NCBI GenBank assembly: GCA_905187655.1
Contig: CAJJIV010000001.1
Coordinates: forward strand, 1 to 51,428
Origin: an uncultured Eubacteriales bacterium
GTDB taxonomy: Bacteria > Bacillota > Clostridia > Christensenellales > UBA1242
Length of the DNA stretch: 51,428 nt
Direction of reading: 5' to 3'
Part shown: piece after piece, positions 1 to 9,588 of the stretch
Layout: every line of letters begins with the position of its first letter
Position numbering within the stretch: position 1 is the stretch's first letter
The notes under the pieces: generated by a model
What the model was told of the DNA's origin: nothing
Databases searched by the model: none
The model's input: the letters and a program-made list of their open reading frames with translations, nothing else
Program-made: the position numbers and the translations under genes

Positions 1-7
1 TTTCTCA

Positions 8-37
8 ATGACATTTGTCATTTTTTTGTTTTTTTGG
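8..37 (+). terminator. Possible weak intrinsic terminator for a gene ending upstream of the window
   Basis: Short AT-rich palindrome atgac-attt-gtcat followed by two T-runs. Confidence 0.3.
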
Positions 38-527
38 GCAGTTGACTATAATTTTCTGTTTATTTTTTGTTTTGTTGTTTCATACTATAAATAAAATATT
101 TCAAGGTGGTATTATGTTGAAAAAAATAAAAAATTTATGTTGGTTATTTTGCACAAAAGCCAATTTTATTGCAGTAAATAAAATATTTTTAAAAATTTTC
201 TATCTTCATTTTTTGCTGAAAAACAAACACTTTTTAATTAAAAAATTTTGTGTTTGGCACAAAACTTTGAATTTTTGATTTTTATATGTCATAATGCATT
301 TGTAAAGTTAATTTACAGTTTAATTTCCCCCAAATTTAATTTACCCAATTCACCATTGCCTTCCCCAAAAGCAAAATCACAAATACAAAAACACAAGTTA
401 AAACAGGGTTATACCAATTGTTTTAAGCAGTGTTACAAATTAATCTGGCCTAAGATAAATTATTTGGTTATCACAAATGGTAAAGTGCACCAAGCCCCCA
501 AATTTGGTAAGTTTTGTATTAACTAAT

Positions 528-560
528 AAAACGAAAAAAGGTTGAAGTAAAGTCTTCAAC
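528..560 (-). terminator. Intrinsic terminator downstream of SRP RNA
   Basis: Stem gttgaag/cttcaac (541-560), followed on the minus strand by cttttttcgtttt. Confidence 0.6.
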
Positions 561-571
561 CTTGTTAAACT

Positions 572-843
572 AAAAAAACTGCACATCTTTTTTCGTTACA
601 CTATACCGAAGCGGTGGCAGAGTAGTTAACTCCTCCAAAGCATCCTTGTGGCACACAGCAGATTTTGCTTAATGCTGCTGCGGTCAGGCTCTGACATGGT
701 TCACAAAGTGCTGTTGCACAAGACCTTGGTATCATAATCACTTGCTCTGATCAGCCTTCCATATAATGTACCTAGAAAAGCATTCAGCCCTGCTATAGCG
801 GATTGCAGGAATAGGGCACCGCTAACTCCCCACCTAGTGCAGT
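572..843 (-). ncRNA. ffs: Signal recognition particle RNA, long Bacillus-type form with Alu domain (about 266 nt)
   Basis: Minus-strand read has the Alu-domain block gttagcggtgccctattcctgcaatccgctatagcagggctgaat. It also has the domain IV block aaccatgtcag...agcagcattaag, as recalled from B. subtilis scRNA. 5' ACUGCAC pairs with 3' GUGCAGU, followed by a U-run. A canonical promoter lies 7 nt upstream. Confidence 0.85.
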
Positions 844-849
844 CCAATA

Positions 850-878
850 ATTATATGCCAAATTCAATAAAATTGCAA
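850..878 (-). promoter_or_regulatory. Sigma-70-type promoter of SRP RNA
   Basis: Minus strand TTGCAA (873-878), 17-nt spacer, TATAAT (850-855). Confidence 0.7.
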
Positions 879-918
879 TATTTTTACCCAAGTTTTTATT
901 AAAACATTTTTAAAAGGT

Positions 919-947
919 TTGAAATCGACATTTTACTATGGTATACT
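919..947 (+). promoter_or_regulatory. Promoter of the HEPN-like/CBS gene
   Basis: TTGAAA (919-924), 17-nt spacer, TGg-TATACT extended -10 (942-947). Confidence 0.6.
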
Positions 948-985
948 AACAGCGAAGGGCTATAATGTAAACACAGGAGATATTA

Positions 986-1705
986 ATGGAAAAATCAAAA
1001 TCCAACGCAGAGCGTTTTATTACCGCATATAACCGGCTAGACAAGGGCATAAGAGATATTTACAATTTTAAGCCCGCACTCAGTTTTTCAGATGTAATTA
1101 GAAAATCGGCATCAATTAATCTTGTTATTAAAAAGCACGAAGATGACTTAATTGACTATGGCAGATTGCGAAATGCCATTGTGCATCGTAGTAACGATAA
1201 GGTTATTGCTGAGCCACATGACGACATTGTAGAAGACATAGAATCAATTGTTCGTGCTATTACAACACCACCACTTGCAATGCAGTCGGTTGTTAACCGA
1301 AGTGTATTTATTGCTCAGGGCGAAGTTAAATTGGGAAATGTTTTGGCAGAAATGTACCGAACGGGTTACAGCAATATTCCTGTTTATCTTGAAAGTACTT
1401 TGGTTGGTGTGCTAAACAGAAAAATGATTATTGATAAACTGGGGGAAGCGGTTTCTAAGGGTGAAGATATAAATAAACTTATGGGCAAACGGGTGGTAGA
1501 CTGTTTGTCTGTTTTAGATGAAAATAATCACTATGAAGTTGTGTCAGATAATGTTACTATAGACAATTTGTTATATATGTTTCAGCAAAATCGCAAACTA
1601 AGCACGGTAATAATAACCCCAAGCGGAGCATATACCGAAAAGCCTGTTGGCATTGTTGTTACCGCCGACATAATAGATATGCAGACCATTTTAGACAACT
1701 ATTAA
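986..1705 (+). CDS. CBS-pair protein with an N-terminal helical domain carrying an Rx4H (HEPN-like) motif
   Basis: 239-aa ORF with AGGAG SD. The C-terminal ~140 aa have tandem CBS-like repeats (NIPVY...VGVLNR, ...PVGIVVTADII). The N-terminal ~95 aa are helical with R62-NAIV-H67. Confidence 0.75.
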   Translation: MEKSKSNAERFITAYNRLDKGIRDIYNFKPALSFSDVIRKSASINLVIKKHEDDLIDYGRLRNAIVHRSNDKVIAEPHDDIVEDIESIVRAITTPPLAMQSVVNRSVFIAQGEVKLGNVLAEMYRTGYSNIPVYLESTLVGVLNRKMIIDKLGEAVSKGEDINKLMGKRVVDCLSVLDENNHYEVVSDNVTIDNLLYMFQQNRKLSTVIITPSGAYTEKPVGIVVTADIIDMQTILDNY

Positions 1706-1765
1706 AATTGTTGAATTAGGCAAAAATTAAACAAATTGCAAATAATAAAGGGAAAACAAAAAACA

Positions 1766-2617
1766 ATGAAAGTTAACTATGATTGGAAAGATTTCTGTGT
1801 TTTAGAAATGGGCAAGGGTGAAAAACTTGAAAGATGGGGAAGTGTTACTCTTTTAAGACCAGACCCACAAATTATTTGGGGCGAAAAAATTGATGAAAAA
1901 AAATGTGATGCACACTATTTTAGGTCAGACACAGGTGGCGGAAAATGGAAGCAGATAAAAAATATGCCTGAAGAATGGCAAATTGGTTGGCGCAATCTTA
2001 AATTCTTAATTAAACCAATGGGTTTTAAGCATACGGGGTTGTTTCCGGAACAGGCAGTTAACTGGGATTATATGATACAAGAAATTAAATTGGCCAAACG
2101 CCCAATAAGTGTACTTAATTTGTTTGCTTACACTGGTGGCGCAACAGTTGCGTGTGCAAGCGCAGGTGCAAGTGTTACACATGTAGACAGTGCAAAAAAC
2201 ATGGTAGAGCGAGCAAAACAGAATGCAAAATTAAGCGGTTTAGAAAATGCACCAATAAGATATATAGTAGATGATTGCTTTAAGTTTGTAGAACGAGAAA
2301 TAAGACGTGGCAAAAAGTATGATGCAATTATTATGGATCCACCAAGTTATGGTCGGGGAACAAATGGTGAAGTTTGGAAACTTGAAGATAACATTTATGA
2401 TTTTGTGGCATTATGTAAAAAAGTATTAAGCGATAAGCCACTTTTTGTTTTAATAAATAGTTATACAACAGGTCTTGGTGCAACGGCGATGGAAAACGTG
2501 CTTAAAAGTGCACTGGGGCTTAAAGGGAAATATGAGTCTTACGAAGTAGGCTTACCTGCCAAAAATGGATTAAATTTGCCTTGTGGCAACAGTGCAATAT
2601 TCAAAGGGGAAAACTAA
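1766..2617 (+). CDS. Class I SAM-dependent (rRNA) methyltransferase, RlmI/PF10672-like
   Basis: Motifs NLFAYTGG (SAM binding) and DPPSYG. ATG at 1766 follows a G-rich SD, and the track start at 1736 is a less likely TTG. Confidence 0.8.
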   Translation: MKVNYDWKDFCVLEMGKGEKLERWGSVTLLRPDPQIIWGEKIDEKKCDAHYFRSDTGGGKWKQIKNMPEEWQIGWRNLKFLIKPMGFKHTGLFPEQAVNWDYMIQEIKLAKRPISVLNLFAYTGGATVACASAGASVTHVDSAKNMVERAKQNAKLSGLENAPIRYIVDDCFKFVEREIRRGKKYDAIIMDPPSYGRGTNGEVWKLEDNIYDFVALCKKVLSDKPLFVLINSYTTGLGATAMENVLKSALGLKGKYESYEVGLPAKNGLNLPCGNSAIFKGEN

Positions 2618-3318
2618 TGGAAACAAAATTTAATATTCTTTATGAAGACAAGCAAATAATTGTGGTACAAAAACCACAAAATATGCCAAGCCAGGCAGAT
2701 AGCTCGGGCGATGAAAACCTTTTGGACTTAATTAAGGCATATATAAAGGAAAAAGACCATAAGCCTGGCAATGTTTACCTTGGGCTTGTTCATAGGCTAG
2801 ACCGACCTACTGGCGGAGTAATGGTTTTTGCAAAAACAAGTAAAAGTGCTGAAAGACTTTGTGAACAGTTTAAGACCGATGATGTGCATAAAAGATATTT
2901 TGCTGTTGTTGTTGGTTGTCCTAGAGAAAAGCGTGGCAGGCTTGTGCATTTCTTAAAAAAAGATGAACGCAACAATATGGTTACAATTGTTCCTGCAAGC
3001 ACTACCGATGCAAAACGTGCTGAATTAACCTATGAAGTCATTGACGAAAACAAGGGGTTTAGTTTGGTAGAAATTAATTTAATTACCGGCAGAAGTCATC
3101 AAGCAAGAGTTCAAATGGCTTCATTGGGCACACCAATTTATGGCGATGTTAAATATGGTGGGAATAAAACGGTTAAAGGACTTCTTAATTTGTATGCTGT
3201 TGAATTGCACTTTGATCACCCAGTGACAAAGGAACATATGCGATTTATTTGCTATCCGCCAGAAGACCAAAAGATGTGGAATTTATTTAATATAGAAAGA
3301 TATTTAATGATAAAGTAA
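2617..3318 (+). CDS. RluA-family pseudouridine synthase
   Basis: Catalytic HRLDRPTGG motif. TAATG stop/start overlap with the upstream gene, with the start at an internal ATG of the track ORF. Confidence 0.85.
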   Translation: METKFNILYEDKQIIVVQKPQNMPSQADSSGDENLLDLIKAYIKEKDHKPGNVYLGLVHRLDRPTGGVMVFAKTSKSAERLCEQFKTDDVHKRYFAVVVGCPREKRGRLVHFLKKDERNNMVTIVPASTTDAKRAELTYEVIDENKGFSLVEINLITGRSHQARVQMASLGTPIYGDVKYGGNKTVKGLLNLYAVELHFDHPVTKEHMRFICYPPEDQKMWNLFNIERYLMIK

Positions 3319-3323
3319 CTGCT

Positions 3324-4055
3324 ATGAAAAAAAGATTAGACCAACTTTTAACAGATAAAAAACTATTTGCCAGCCGAACAAAGTCGGCAGATGCCATTAA
3401 AAATGGTGCGGTTTGTGTTGACGGACAAGAAGTTTTAAAGCCTGCCGAACTTGTAGAAGAAGATGCCGAAATAAAGGTAGTTAAAGACACTTGTCCATTT
3501 GTAAGTAGGGGTGGGCTTAAACTTAAAGGAGCAATAGAAAAGTTTAAACTTAATTTTGCAGGCAAGGTTGTGTTAGATCTTGGTGCAAGTACTGGTGGGT
3601 TTACCGACTGTGCGCTTAAAAATGGCGCTAAAAAAGTTTTTGCGATAGATGTGGGAACAAATCAGTTAGCACCTGTGCTTAAGCAAGATGGCCGAGTTGT
3701 AAGTATGGAAAATACCGATATAAGGAACTTGGACAAAAGAGTCATTGAACAAAGCGATATTATTGTTGCCGACCTTTCTTTTGTTTCACTTGCAAAAGTT
3801 TTGGGTAAAATAATCAACGATGCAACCAGTCAGCCATTTGTTCTTTTAATTAAACCACAATTTGAATGTGGCTACAAAATTGCCAAAAAAAACAAGGGTG
3901 TTATTAAAGATTTGGCCTTAGCAGAGCAAATAGCAAAAGCCACCGTTACCCAGTTAGAGAATATGGGGCTTAAACTTGTAAATTTCGCCTTGTCGCCAAT
4001 TTTAGGCGGTGATGGTAATAGTGAATTTATTTCAATGTTTGTTAAAAACAATTAG
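3324..4055 (+). CDS. tlyA: TlyA-family rRNA 2'-O-methyltransferase (S4 domain plus FtsJ-like domain)
   Basis: N-terminal S4-like RLDQLL...SR motif and DLGASTGGFTD SAM motif. 243 aa is typical. Confidence 0.85.
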   Translation: MKKRLDQLLTDKKLFASRTKSADAIKNGAVCVDGQEVLKPAELVEEDAEIKVVKDTCPFVSRGGLKLKGAIEKFKLNFAGKVVLDLGASTGGFTDCALKNGAKKVFAIDVGTNQLAPVLKQDGRVVSMENTDIRNLDKRVIEQSDIIVADLSFVSLAKVLGKIINDATSQPFVLLIKPQFECGYKIAKKNKGVIKDLALAEQIAKATVTQLENMGLKLVNFALSPILGGDGNSEFISMFVKNN

Positions 4056-4130
4056 CAGTTTGTAATTATACATATTAATAAACGAAAATAAGTTTATAAA
4101 CTTAATCACAAGTTTAATATAACAAGAATA

Positions 4131-4170
4131 AAAAGAGAACAGTATCAAATCGATATTGTTCTCTTTTTTT
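4131..4170. terminator. Bidirectional intrinsic terminator between tlyA and pgi
   Basis: Stem gagaacagtat/atattgttctc (one G-T pair) flanked by an A-run and a T-run. Confidence 0.7.
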
Positions 4171-4199
4171 ATATTTAAACTATATTATATTTTTCCTTA

Positions 4200-5465
4200 T
4201 TACTTTTTTTGTAATATCTCGCGCATTTGTGTTTTGTATCCTTCTACCCCTGGTTGATTAAATGGATTAACACCAAGCATATAGCAATAAGTTGCACAGG
4301 CTGTTTCAAAAAAGTAAACAAGTTCACCATAAGTTTCTTCGGTTAGGCAATCTAGTTCAATTTTTAAAATTGGAACGTTTGCCTTAATATGACTGCGAAT
4401 TGTGCCTTCCTCAGCCGACATATTAATTTCAGACATTGTTTTGCCATTAAGGTAGGTAATTGGGCTTTCGGCGCCAACTTCTAGAGCAAAATCATTTTCG
4501 GTGGTAGGAATAGTTATATATGTTTCAAACAATAATGGCGTTCCCTGTTCTACGAACTGTCCAAAAGAGTGCAGGTCGGTAGAATAATTAAGACTAGTAG
4601 GGTAGATGCCCTTTTTGTTTTTTCCTTCACTTTCTGCAAACAACTGCTTATACCACTCGCCAAATTCCTTTAGTCGGTCATCAAAACAACAAAGTACTTC
4701 AATTTTTTTGCCAAACTTTTGGCTTATTAGCAATCTTGCAATAGCATAAGTATATGCTGGGTTAGTTAATGGGTCAAAATTAAAGCAGTCGTTATACATT
4801 TTCTTGGCACCGCTTAACACTTTGTCTATATTAATACCTGCAACTGCCATAGGAAGTAGACCAACAGGACTTAGCACTGAATATCTGCCACCAACGGTGC
4901 GTGGAATAACAAAGCTTGCATAGCCTTCTTTGTTGCACAACTCTCTTAGGTATCCGTTTTGGTAGTCGGTTATCATATAAATTCTGCGCTTGTATTCATC
5001 TTTCTTTTTATATTTCTTTTTCATAAAAGATTCAAACACATTAAGTGCTACCAGTGTTTCAAGCGTTGTGCCAGATTTAGATATAACCGCAAGGCAAACT
5101 TCTTTGTTTTTAAGGCTCTCAATTGTGTTAGATAATGCATATGCACTAAAATTTGTGCCAACATAAATTACTTCGGTCTTTGGAGTGCGTTTAAGCATTT
5201 TAATTGCACTATATCCGCCAAGATAAGAACCGCCAATTCCAAGAACTACAAGTACCTCGGCTTTATCTTGTATGTCTTTTGCGGTGCGCTTAATGTTCAT
5301 TAAGTCTTGCTTAGTTAACTCGTTTGGAAGTTCTATCCAGCCAGTTCCAGAAGAACGGTCAAGGTTGTGTAAATTATCGTGTGCAGAGCGTAAGGCTTTT
5401 AGCACTTTTTTATTTGTTAGGTCGTTCTGTTTAAGCCCCGAATATGCAAAATTTACTTTAATCAT
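4200..5465 (-). CDS. pgi: Glucose-6-phosphate isomerase
   Basis: 421-aa ORF with GGAGAG SD and PGI-family sequence (GIGGSYLG, ISKSGTT(L)ET). Confidence 0.9.
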   Translation of the reverse strand: MIKVNFAYSGLKQNDLTNKKVLKALRSAHDNLHNLDRSSGTGWIELPNELTKQDLMNIKRTAKDIQDKAEVLVVLGIGGSYLGGYSAIKMLKRTPKTEVIYVGTNFSAYALSNTIESLKNKEVCLAVISKSGTTLETLVALNVFESFMKKKYKKKDEYKRRIYMITDYQNGYLRELCNKEGYASFVIPRTVGGRYSVLSPVGLLPMAVAGINIDKVLSGAKKMYNDCFNFDPLTNPAYTYAIARLLISQKFGKKIEVLCCFDDRLKEFGEWYKQLFAESEGKNKKGIYPTSLNYSTDLHSFGQFVEQGTPLLFETYITIPTTENDFALEVGAESPITYLNGKTMSEINMSAEEGTIRSHIKANVPILKIELDCLTEETYGELVYFFETACATYCYMLGVNPFNQPGVEGYKTQMREILQKK

Positions 5466-5955
5466 TGTTCTCTCCTTATTTTATATTTTATGTACACCAA
5501 GTAAGCTTGGTTTATGTTCATTATTTTATTCTATCATATTTTATAATTGTGTCGCAAATGAAATTCCAACTTTTTTAACCTTAAAAACAATGTAGATTAA
5601 TTGGCAGTGCAAAATTTGAAACCTGGGTTTAAAATGGGTTTTTAACATTTGTTAAACCTTTGTTAAAAAACAAGCAAAAAATTATAAATTTTCATTAATC
5701 TATTTAATGCACATTGGACTTAGTAGGTGTAGTGTTCCCTAATTTGCCTTTTAGCGCAAACGGGGCTTGAAGGTAAAAATAAGCGAAGTTAATTATGGCT
5801 AGGATTTTGCAATTAAACATTAATAAATGTATGTACAAAATGCACAAAATTTGTTATTATGGCAAAAAAACACGCAAAAAAATAGGCTTGACAAAAGAAA
5901 TTTTAAACTTTTTTCTTTCACCCTTAAAAAACCCTTATTTTTTTTGGAAAAAGTC

Positions 5956-5984
5956 TTGACACGGAGCCGTGTGTTTAGTATAAT
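5956..5984 (+). promoter_or_regulatory. Consensus promoter of the S10-spc-alpha ribosomal operon
   Basis: TTGACA (5956-5961), 17-nt spacer, TATAAT (5979-5984). Confidence 0.8.
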
Positions 5985-6159
5985 GTGTTCGTTGCATTGT
6001 GGGGTGATGCCGAAGGTTACTCATTATGGAATCCAAAAGAGATAACTTTGGCTGACAATAGTGCCAATTAAATAAGGTGCGACAGAGAGATAATCTTGTA
6101 ACCAATCCTTATGCAACAGGAAGATTATCGCCTCTGGGAAATAAAAAAAGGAGAAGAAA
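5985..6159 (+). promoter_or_regulatory. Structured 5' leader of the S10 operon, function unknown
   Basis: About 175 nt between promoter and rpsJ. Perfect 9-bp stem 6089-6097/6121-6129. Possible long-range pairing gttgcat (5991-5997)/atgcaac (6111-6117). Confidence 0.45.
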
Positions 6160-6468
6160 ATGGCTACACAAAAAATTAGAATTACTTTAAAAGCATTTGA
6201 CCACAACCTAATTGACCAATCGGCTGCAAGGCTTGTGGAAACTGCAAAAAAGGCTGGGGCTAAGGTATCGGGACCTATTCCTATGCCAACCGAGAAAGAA
6301 GTTGTTACAATACTTCGCTCTCCACACAAACACAAAGATTCCCGTGAGCAATTTGAAATAAGAACACACAAAAGACTTATTGATATCTACAATCCATCTT
6401 CAAAGACTGTTGATTCACTTATGAAGATTGACTTGCCAAGCGGTGTTGATATCAAAATTAAGCTTTAA
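6160..6468 (+). CDS. rpsJ: 30S ribosomal protein uS10
   Basis: Conserved uS10 sequence, AGGAGA SD, first gene of the S10 operon. Confidence 0.97.
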   Translation: MATQKIRITLKAFDHNLIDQSAARLVETAKKAGAKVSGPIPMPTEKEVVTILRSPHKHKDSREQFEIRTHKRLIDIYNPSSKTVDSLMKIDLPSGVDIKIKL

Positions 6469-6492
6469 TTATGGGCAGGAGGATAAAAAGAT

Positions 6493-7116
6493 ATGAACGC
6501 AATATTAGGTAAAAAAGTTGGTATGTCTCAACTATTTACAGCAAACGGTTTAGTTGTTCCTGTAACCGTAGTAGAGGCTGGTCCATGTTATGTATCACAA
6601 AAGAAGACAGTAGAAAAAGATGGTTATAACGCAGTTCAATTGGCATTTACCGATGTTAAGCCAAGCAGACTAACAAAACCAGAATTAGGTCACTTAAAAA
6701 AGGCAAACGTTGCTCCTAAAAAATATCTTAAGGAATTTGATATTGATGGCACAAACCTTGAAATAGGTGCTGAAATTAAATGTGATGTATTTAAAGCAGG
6801 TGACATTGTAGATGTAACCGGACAAACAAAAGGTAGAGGATTTACTGGCCCAATTCAAAGATGGAATCAATCTCGTGGTCCAATGAGCCATGGCTCAGGC
6901 TATCACAGAGGAGTTGGTTCAATGGGTTCAAGTGCCGACCCAAGCCATGTATTCAAAAACAAAAAAATGGCTGGTCAATATGGTAACGAAAGAGTTACAA
7001 TTCAAAACCTTGAAATTGCAAAAGTCGATGTTGAAAGAAACTTGTTGTTAATAAAAGGTGCAATACCTGGCGCAAATGGCAATCTTGTTTTCGTTAAAAC
7101 AGCAGTTAAGAAGTAA
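6493..7116 (+). CDS. rplC: 50S ribosomal protein uL3
   Basis: Conserved uL3 sequence and operon position. Confidence 0.97.
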   Translation: MNAILGKKVGMSQLFTANGLVVPVTVVEAGPCYVSQKKTVEKDGYNAVQLAFTDVKPSRLTKPELGHLKKANVAPKKYLKEFDIDGTNLEIGAEIKCDVFKAGDIVDVTGQTKGRGFTGPIQRWNQSRGPMSHGSGYHRGVGSMGSSADPSHVFKNKKMAGQYGNERVTIQNLEIAKVDVERNLLLIKGAIPGANGNLVFVKTAVKK

Positions 7117-7127
7117 GGAGAACAAAA

Positions 7128-7748
7128 ATGCAAACTAAAGTATATAACATAAAAGGTGAAGAAGTTGGCAAAATGACTTTAAAAGATGATGTCTTTAAAG
7201 TTCCATACAACGAAGCAGTAATTCACCAAGTAGTTGTTGCAACACTTGCAAACAACAGACAAGGTACAAAAAGCACCCTAACCAGAAGTGAAGTTAGAGG
7301 TGGTGGCAGAAAGCCATGGAGACAAAAGGGAACTGGCAACGCAAGACAAGGTTCTACCCGTGCTCCACAATGGATAAAAGGTGGTGTGGTATTTGCACCA
7401 AAGCCAAGAGATTTCTCTAAAAAGGTTAACAAAAGGGTTAAAGAACTTGCTCTTAAAAGTGCATTGTCAACTCGTTTTGAAGAGAAGAATGTTATTGTTC
7501 TAGATGACTTAACCGTAGAACCAAAAACCAAAGAGTTTGTTAAAATTCTTGAAGCCCTTAATGTAAACAAGTCTGCACTTGTAGTTACCGATACCGTTAA
7601 CGAAAATGTAGTTCTTGCAACACGTAACCTACAAAATGTAGAAACCTCACACGCAGACATACTAAATACTTATGATGTAGTTACTAACGAAAAGCTTATC
7701 ATAACCAAGTCTGCCATCAAAAAGATAGAGGAGGCTTATGCAGAATAA
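7128..7748 (+). CDS. rplD: 50S ribosomal protein uL4
   Basis: Conserved uL4 sequence ([13 protein letters not shown]) and operon position. Confidence 0.97.
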   Translation: MQTKVYNIKGEEVGKMTLKDDVFKVPYNEAVIHQVVVATLANNRQGTKSTLTRSEVRGGGRKPWRQKGTGNARQGSTRAPQWIKGGVVFAPKPRDFSKKVNKRVKELALKSALSTRFEEKNVIVLDDLTVEPKTKEFVKILEALNVNKSALVVTDTVNENVVLATRNLQNVETSHADILNTYDVVTNEKLIITKSAIKKIEEAYAE

Positions 7749-8038
7749 TGACTATACATGATATCATAATACGCCCAGTATTAACTGAAAAATCTTATGC
7801 AGGCATCGCAACAAAAAGATACACCTTTGAAGTTGCTCCAAAGGCAACAAAAACTCAGGTTAAAGATGCTGTAGAAAAAATCTTTAAAGTTAAAGTAGAT
7901 AGTGTAAACATTGTAAATGTACACGGAAAAATTAAAACACAAGGCAGGCACAGTGGTTTAACAGGTAACTACAAAAAGGCAATTGTTCAACTTAGTGCTG
8001 ATAGCAAATCTATCGAGTTTTTCGATAGTTTAAGTTAA
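7748..8038 (+). CDS. rplW: 50S ribosomal protein uL23
   Basis: Conserved uL23 sequence. TAATG overlap with rplD. Confidence 0.96.
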   Translation: MTIHDIIIRPVLTEKSYAGIATKRYTFEVAPKATKTQVKDAVEKIFKVKVDSVNIVNVHGKIKTQGRHSGLTGNYKKAIVQLSADSKSIEFFDSLS

Positions 8039-8056
8039 TAATAGAGGAGTACAAAA

Positions 8057-8884
8057 ATGGCTATAAAAAGATATAATCCAACAAGTGCCGGTAGTAGATT
8101 TAAAAGTGCGCCTTCTTTTGAAGAAGTAACCACTTCAACACCAGAAAAATCACTACTTGCAACAAAAAAGAAAAATGCCGGTAGAAACTCTTATGGCAGA
8201 ATTACTGTTAGACACAAGGGTGGCGGAAACCGACAAAAATATCGTGTTATAGATTTTAATAGAGATAAAGATGGAATTCCTGCAAAGGTTGCAACTATTG
8301 AATATGACCCAAACAGAACCGCTTATATCGCACTATTACACTATGCCGATGGTGAAAAAAGATACATCTTGGCTCCAAACGGTCTTGCAGTTGGCGACAC
8401 CGTTATGAGTGGCAGGGAAGCTGAAATTAAAGTAGGTAATGCACTTCCACTAGAAGTTATTCCAGTAGGTTCAATTGTTCACAACATAGAACTATTGCCA
8501 AATCGTGGTGGTAAGGTTGCAAGAAGTGCTGGTAACTCGGCACAATTAATGGCTAAGGAAGGCAAATATGCCACACTAAGAATGCCATCTGGTGAAATGA
8601 GAAAAGTTCTTTTAACTTGCCGTGCAACAATTGGTGAAATTGGCAACCTAGACCATGAATTGGTTAAAATTGGAAAGGCTGGTAGAACAAGACATATGGG
8701 TATCAGACCAACCGTTCGTGGTGTTGTTATGAACCCAGTTGATCACCCACATGGTGGTGGTGAAGGTAAATCTCCAGTAGGTCTTCCAGCACCTCAAACT
8801 CCATGGGGCAAACCTGCTCTTGGCTTAAAGACCAGAAAGAAAAAGAACGCAACAAATAAACTTATGGTTAAGAGAATTAACTAG
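8057..8884 (+). CDS. rplB: 50S ribosomal protein uL2
   Basis: Conserved uL2 sequence ([13 protein letters not shown]). Confidence 0.98.
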   Translation: MAIKRYNPTSAGSRFKSAPSFEEVTTSTPEKSLLATKKKNAGRNSYGRITVRHKGGGNRQKYRVIDFNRDKDGIPAKVATIEYDPNRTAYIALLHYADGEKRYILAPNGLAVGDTVMSGREAEIKVGNALPLEVIPVGSIVHNIELLPNRGGKVARSAGNSAQLMAKEGKYATLRMPSGEMRKVLLTCRATIGEIGNLDHELVKIGKAGRTRHMGIRPTVRGVVMNPVDHPHGGGEGKSPVGLPAPQTPWGKPALGLKTRKKKNATNKLMVKRIN

Positions 8885-8896
8885 TAGGAGGAAGAA

Positions 8897-9187
8897 ATGA
8901 GTAGATCAGTTAAAAAAGGTCCATATGTAGAAGAACGTCTTTCAAACAGAATAGACAAGATGAACGAATCTGGCGAAAAGAAAGTTATTAAAACTTGGTC
9001 GCGTTCATCTACCATACTTCCAACAATGGTAGGACATACAATTGCTGTTTATGATGGCAGAAAACATATCCCAGTTTACATTACAACTGAAATGGTAGGT
9101 TTTAAACTTGGTGAATTTGCTCCAACTAGAACATTTAAAGGTCACAAAGGTGCAAAAACAACCGCAAGCAAGGGAGGAAAACAATAA
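8897..9187 (+). CDS. rpsS: 30S ribosomal protein uS19
   Basis: Conserved uS19 sequence (SRSVKKGP...). Confidence 0.97.
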   Translation: MSRSVKKGPYVEERLSNRIDKMNESGEKKVIKTWSRSSTILPTMVGHTIAVYDGRKHIPVYITTEMVGFKLGEFAPTRTFKGHKGAKTTASKGGKQ

Positions 9188-9576
9188 TGGCAACTAGACA
9201 AAGAGAAAAAGCTGCTGCAAGAGTCGCTAAAAAAGATAACAGACCACACGCAGTTGCAAAATATGTAAGAGTTTCTCCTAGCAAAGTAAGAATAATTTTA
9301 AATTTGATTAGAGGCAAAAACTATGCAGATGCAGAAGCAATTCTTGAATACAATGCAAGTCCTGCCGCAGAATTTGTTCTAAATGTTCTAAGAAGTGCCG
9401 GCGCTAATGCTGAAAACAACTTAGGACTTAACAAGTCTGAACTTTATGTTGCTGAAACTTTTGCAGATGGTGGCCCATCACTTAAAAGAAGCCAACCTGT
9501 TAACAAAGGCAGAGCACATGCAATACTAAAAAGAACATCACACATCACTGTTATTCTTGATGTGAAGAAAGCCTAG
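9187..9576 (+). CDS. rplV: 50S ribosomal protein uL22
   Basis: Conserved uL22 sequence. TAATG overlap with rpsS. Confidence 0.96.
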   Translation: MATRQREKAAARVAKKDNRPHAVAKYVRVSPSKVRIILNLIRGKNYADAEAILEYNASPAAEFVLNVLRSAGANAENNLGLNKSELYVAETFADGGPSLKRSQPVNKGRAHAILKRTSHITVILDVKKA

Positions 9577-9588
9577 GGAGGAAATCTA

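Noticed and set aside
120-500. Possible DnaA boxes or oriC in the AT-rich tract
   Set aside because: Only single near-matches to TTATNCACA occur (for example ttttgcaca). There is no cluster of boxes and no dnaA or dnaN nearby, so the evidence is insufficient.
15-526. Track ORFs 15-278 and 248-526 (+)
   Set aside because: They are F/L/K/I-rich translations of very AT-rich DNA, with no SD and no recognisable domain. I treat this as non-coding.
5600-5955. Extra promoter-like hexamers and a possible sRNA in the pgi-S10 intergenic region
   Set aside because: Several TTGACA-like or extended -10-like strings exist (for example 5889-5894 and tgttattat near 5851). None has a convincing partner element or a downstream terminator, so this cannot be supported from sequence alone.
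5985-6159. Known riboswitch class in the S10 leader
   Set aside because: I could not match the leader to any riboswitch consensus I know. It is reported only as an unclassified structured leader.
5827-6371. Track ORFs 5827-6045 (+) and 6024-6371 (-) around the S10 leader
   Set aside because: They overlap the consensus promoter, the leader and the antisense strand of rpsJ. They have no SD and a low-complexity composition.
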